A stretch of 64,000 bases of DNA from Asterias rubens. Its lineage: Eukaryota. The position numbers and the translations under genes were made by a program. The notes under the pieces were generated by a model that saw only the letters and a list, made by a program, of their open reading frames with translations, did not search any database and was not told the DNA's origin. Below are positions 62,335 to 64,000 of this stretch, one piece after another; within the stretch, counting starts at the first letter, position 1, and every line of letters starts with the position of its first letter. The DNA lies in NCBI RefSeq assembly GCF_902459465.1, contig NC_047074.1, forward strand, positions 1,984,001 to 2,048,000, in the 5' to 3' direction.

Positions 62335-63755
62335 TTAATATTTTTCATTATAAAGTCCTTGCTTAATGAACACAAAATACGGCGAGCCGGAGTCCCTGTG
62401 ACCCATAAGGATACACATGCCTTCGTTATCAAACTCATCGTCTTCACCCCAGTACATGAGAAACTTATCCAGGTTCTTCCAGCCTTTGCCCAGTAGTCCA
62501 TCAAAATATCTTTTAAGCTTGAGTTGAAACAAAAGCTTCTCATCAGGATCGTCGAAACGGCCGCTGAGACTGAAGAAGAACAAAAGACAAGACATTAATT
62601 ATATAACATGAATAAATACCCCCAGACAGTTTCGCTATTCCTAATGGAGGAGACCACATCACGTGGGGTGTTTAAACAGTTGATAATGATCAGCTGGAGC
62701 TGTTTATAATCGGTGTTTTCGGATATAATAATGTTAGATGCATACTACGCGCACGAATGCATATCCGAAAACTGCCCCAGTCACAAAAAATAGCAACACA
62801 CGTGCTGAACTCCAGGACGTTGTAAAACGGATAAGTCTAACGGAGTTTCATACTTCATGACGCCTTTTAACTGAAAAAGGCATATGAATGGGAATAAAAG
62901 AATAGTGACTCGTTCTTAAACTGCCGTTTAAAACCATGCACGGCCACGACGAAGTAACGCAGTTTTTGAGAAAGAAGTTACTTCTCACTAAAGATGAATT
63001 GAATAAAGGCATCAAATCAAGGCATCCAATGGCTTTAAATGGAAGAATGGGGATTAATCTGAATGCTTGGTTACTTACTTCTTCAGGTATGCCTTTATCT
63101 GTACCTTCTTGTCATCTACAGGACCCTCCACAAGATTCGAAGTCTCGACAAGGTCAGGCACTACGTCTAAGTCCTCATCAACTTCCGCATCTGCCTTCAA
63201 CAAAGGCACGGATTCCATTCCATTGTCTATGGGCTTCAGAGACATCAAACATAATCACAAAAAGGAAAGGAATTGTTTAGCGTCCTGACTTCTTTAAATA
63301 AAGGAAGGAGGACCGTTCCCACCCGACCCCCTCCCCACTTAAAAAAAAAACTATTAATAATAATAAAATCGCCGCCTGACCTTTTTTTAAGGCAACTTGC
63401 TGGGATACTTTTTTAGATTTTTTTTCTTTTGCGTCAGATCTTTGAAAATCTTTTTTTTTATACCAATAGAAGACAACAGAAGAGGAGGTATTTTAATTCA
63501 AACTGCTGGTCGCCAATATTCATCACTTTTAAAAGAAAAAGACAAACAAGATGCGGCATCAAGAAAGGATGAGGTGGAAGGGACGATCTTCTGGTTCTTA
63601 TTTTAGTTGGCCTAATGAGACAATTATTATATCACTATATTGTCGTACTTATTGTAAATCGAAGCCTTGTAAAATTACCTTATACTTTGCTTCAACCTCG
63701 TACACAATGTCATCCACCAACGTGTACTTGAAGGAATCAGTAAACATCTCATTGC
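62335..63755 (-). CDS. TPT1-like: Divergent TCTP-like paralog 2 (5'-partial; exon 1 not found in the window)
   Basis: Exons (minus): 63755-63679 (NEMFTDSFKYTLVDDIVYEVEAKYK), 63233-63079 (PIDNGMES..IKAYLKK), 62569-62335 (..GKGWKNLDKFLMYWGE..GMCILMGHRDSGSPYFVFIKQGLYNEKY*). Intron phases are the same as in paralog 1. Confidence 0.85.
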
Positions 63756-63804
63756 CTTCACGAAAAGAAAAACATCCAAATCTATTAAGTTTTGTTATCA
63801 TTGA

Positions 63805-64000
63805 AGGCACTGGACACCTTTGGTGATAGATATGAGTATTCGCATTGGTATATATCTCAAGAAAATGCATTGAACCATGTGAAAATTTGAACTAAATTAT
63901 TGGTCGTCGAAGTTGCGAGAGAATATTGAAAGACAGAAGACACTTGTCGTACAACTTGAGTAAAGCCTTCAAAACGCCCATCCATATTTAACACAAAAAC
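63805..64000. mobile_element. Kolobok-like MITE, left part, truncated by the window end
   Basis: aggcactggacacctttggt followed by family-like internal sequence. Confidence 0.6.

Overview
AT-rich, intron-containing animal genomic DNA. The repeat landscape and gene structures suggest a sea star or other echinoderm; this is an inference, not a database match. Seven spliced protein-coding genes can be reconstructed with GT-AG junctions and consistent intron phases: a laccase-like multicopper oxidase (minus, 2106-11132), a chordin-like 3xVWC protein (plus, about 18144-37300), POLD3 (minus, 40514-45490), TMEM256 (plus, 45947-48096), RBMX2 (plus, 49477-53855) and two divergent, convergently oriented TCTP/TPT1 paralogs (plus 54899-60169; minus 62335-63755, first exon probably beyond the window). 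Introns and intergenic DNA are packed with MITEs (a dominant TTAA-flanked Kolobok-like family), tRNA-derived SINEs, LINE 3' fragments, a Tigger-like element and Penelope-type hammerhead-like motifs. The most notable observations are: a tail-to-tail chordin-like/POLD3 pair mirroring human CHRDL2/POLD3; the TCTP paralog pair, one copy with a remodelled loop and its stop codon inside a MITE target-site duplication; tandem duplications of splice junctions in the chordin-like gene; and tentative decayed immune-type gene remnants (TLR/TIR-like and DM9-like). No CRISPR array, rRNA or bona fide tRNA gene was found. All coordinates were counted by hand and may be off by a few bases.
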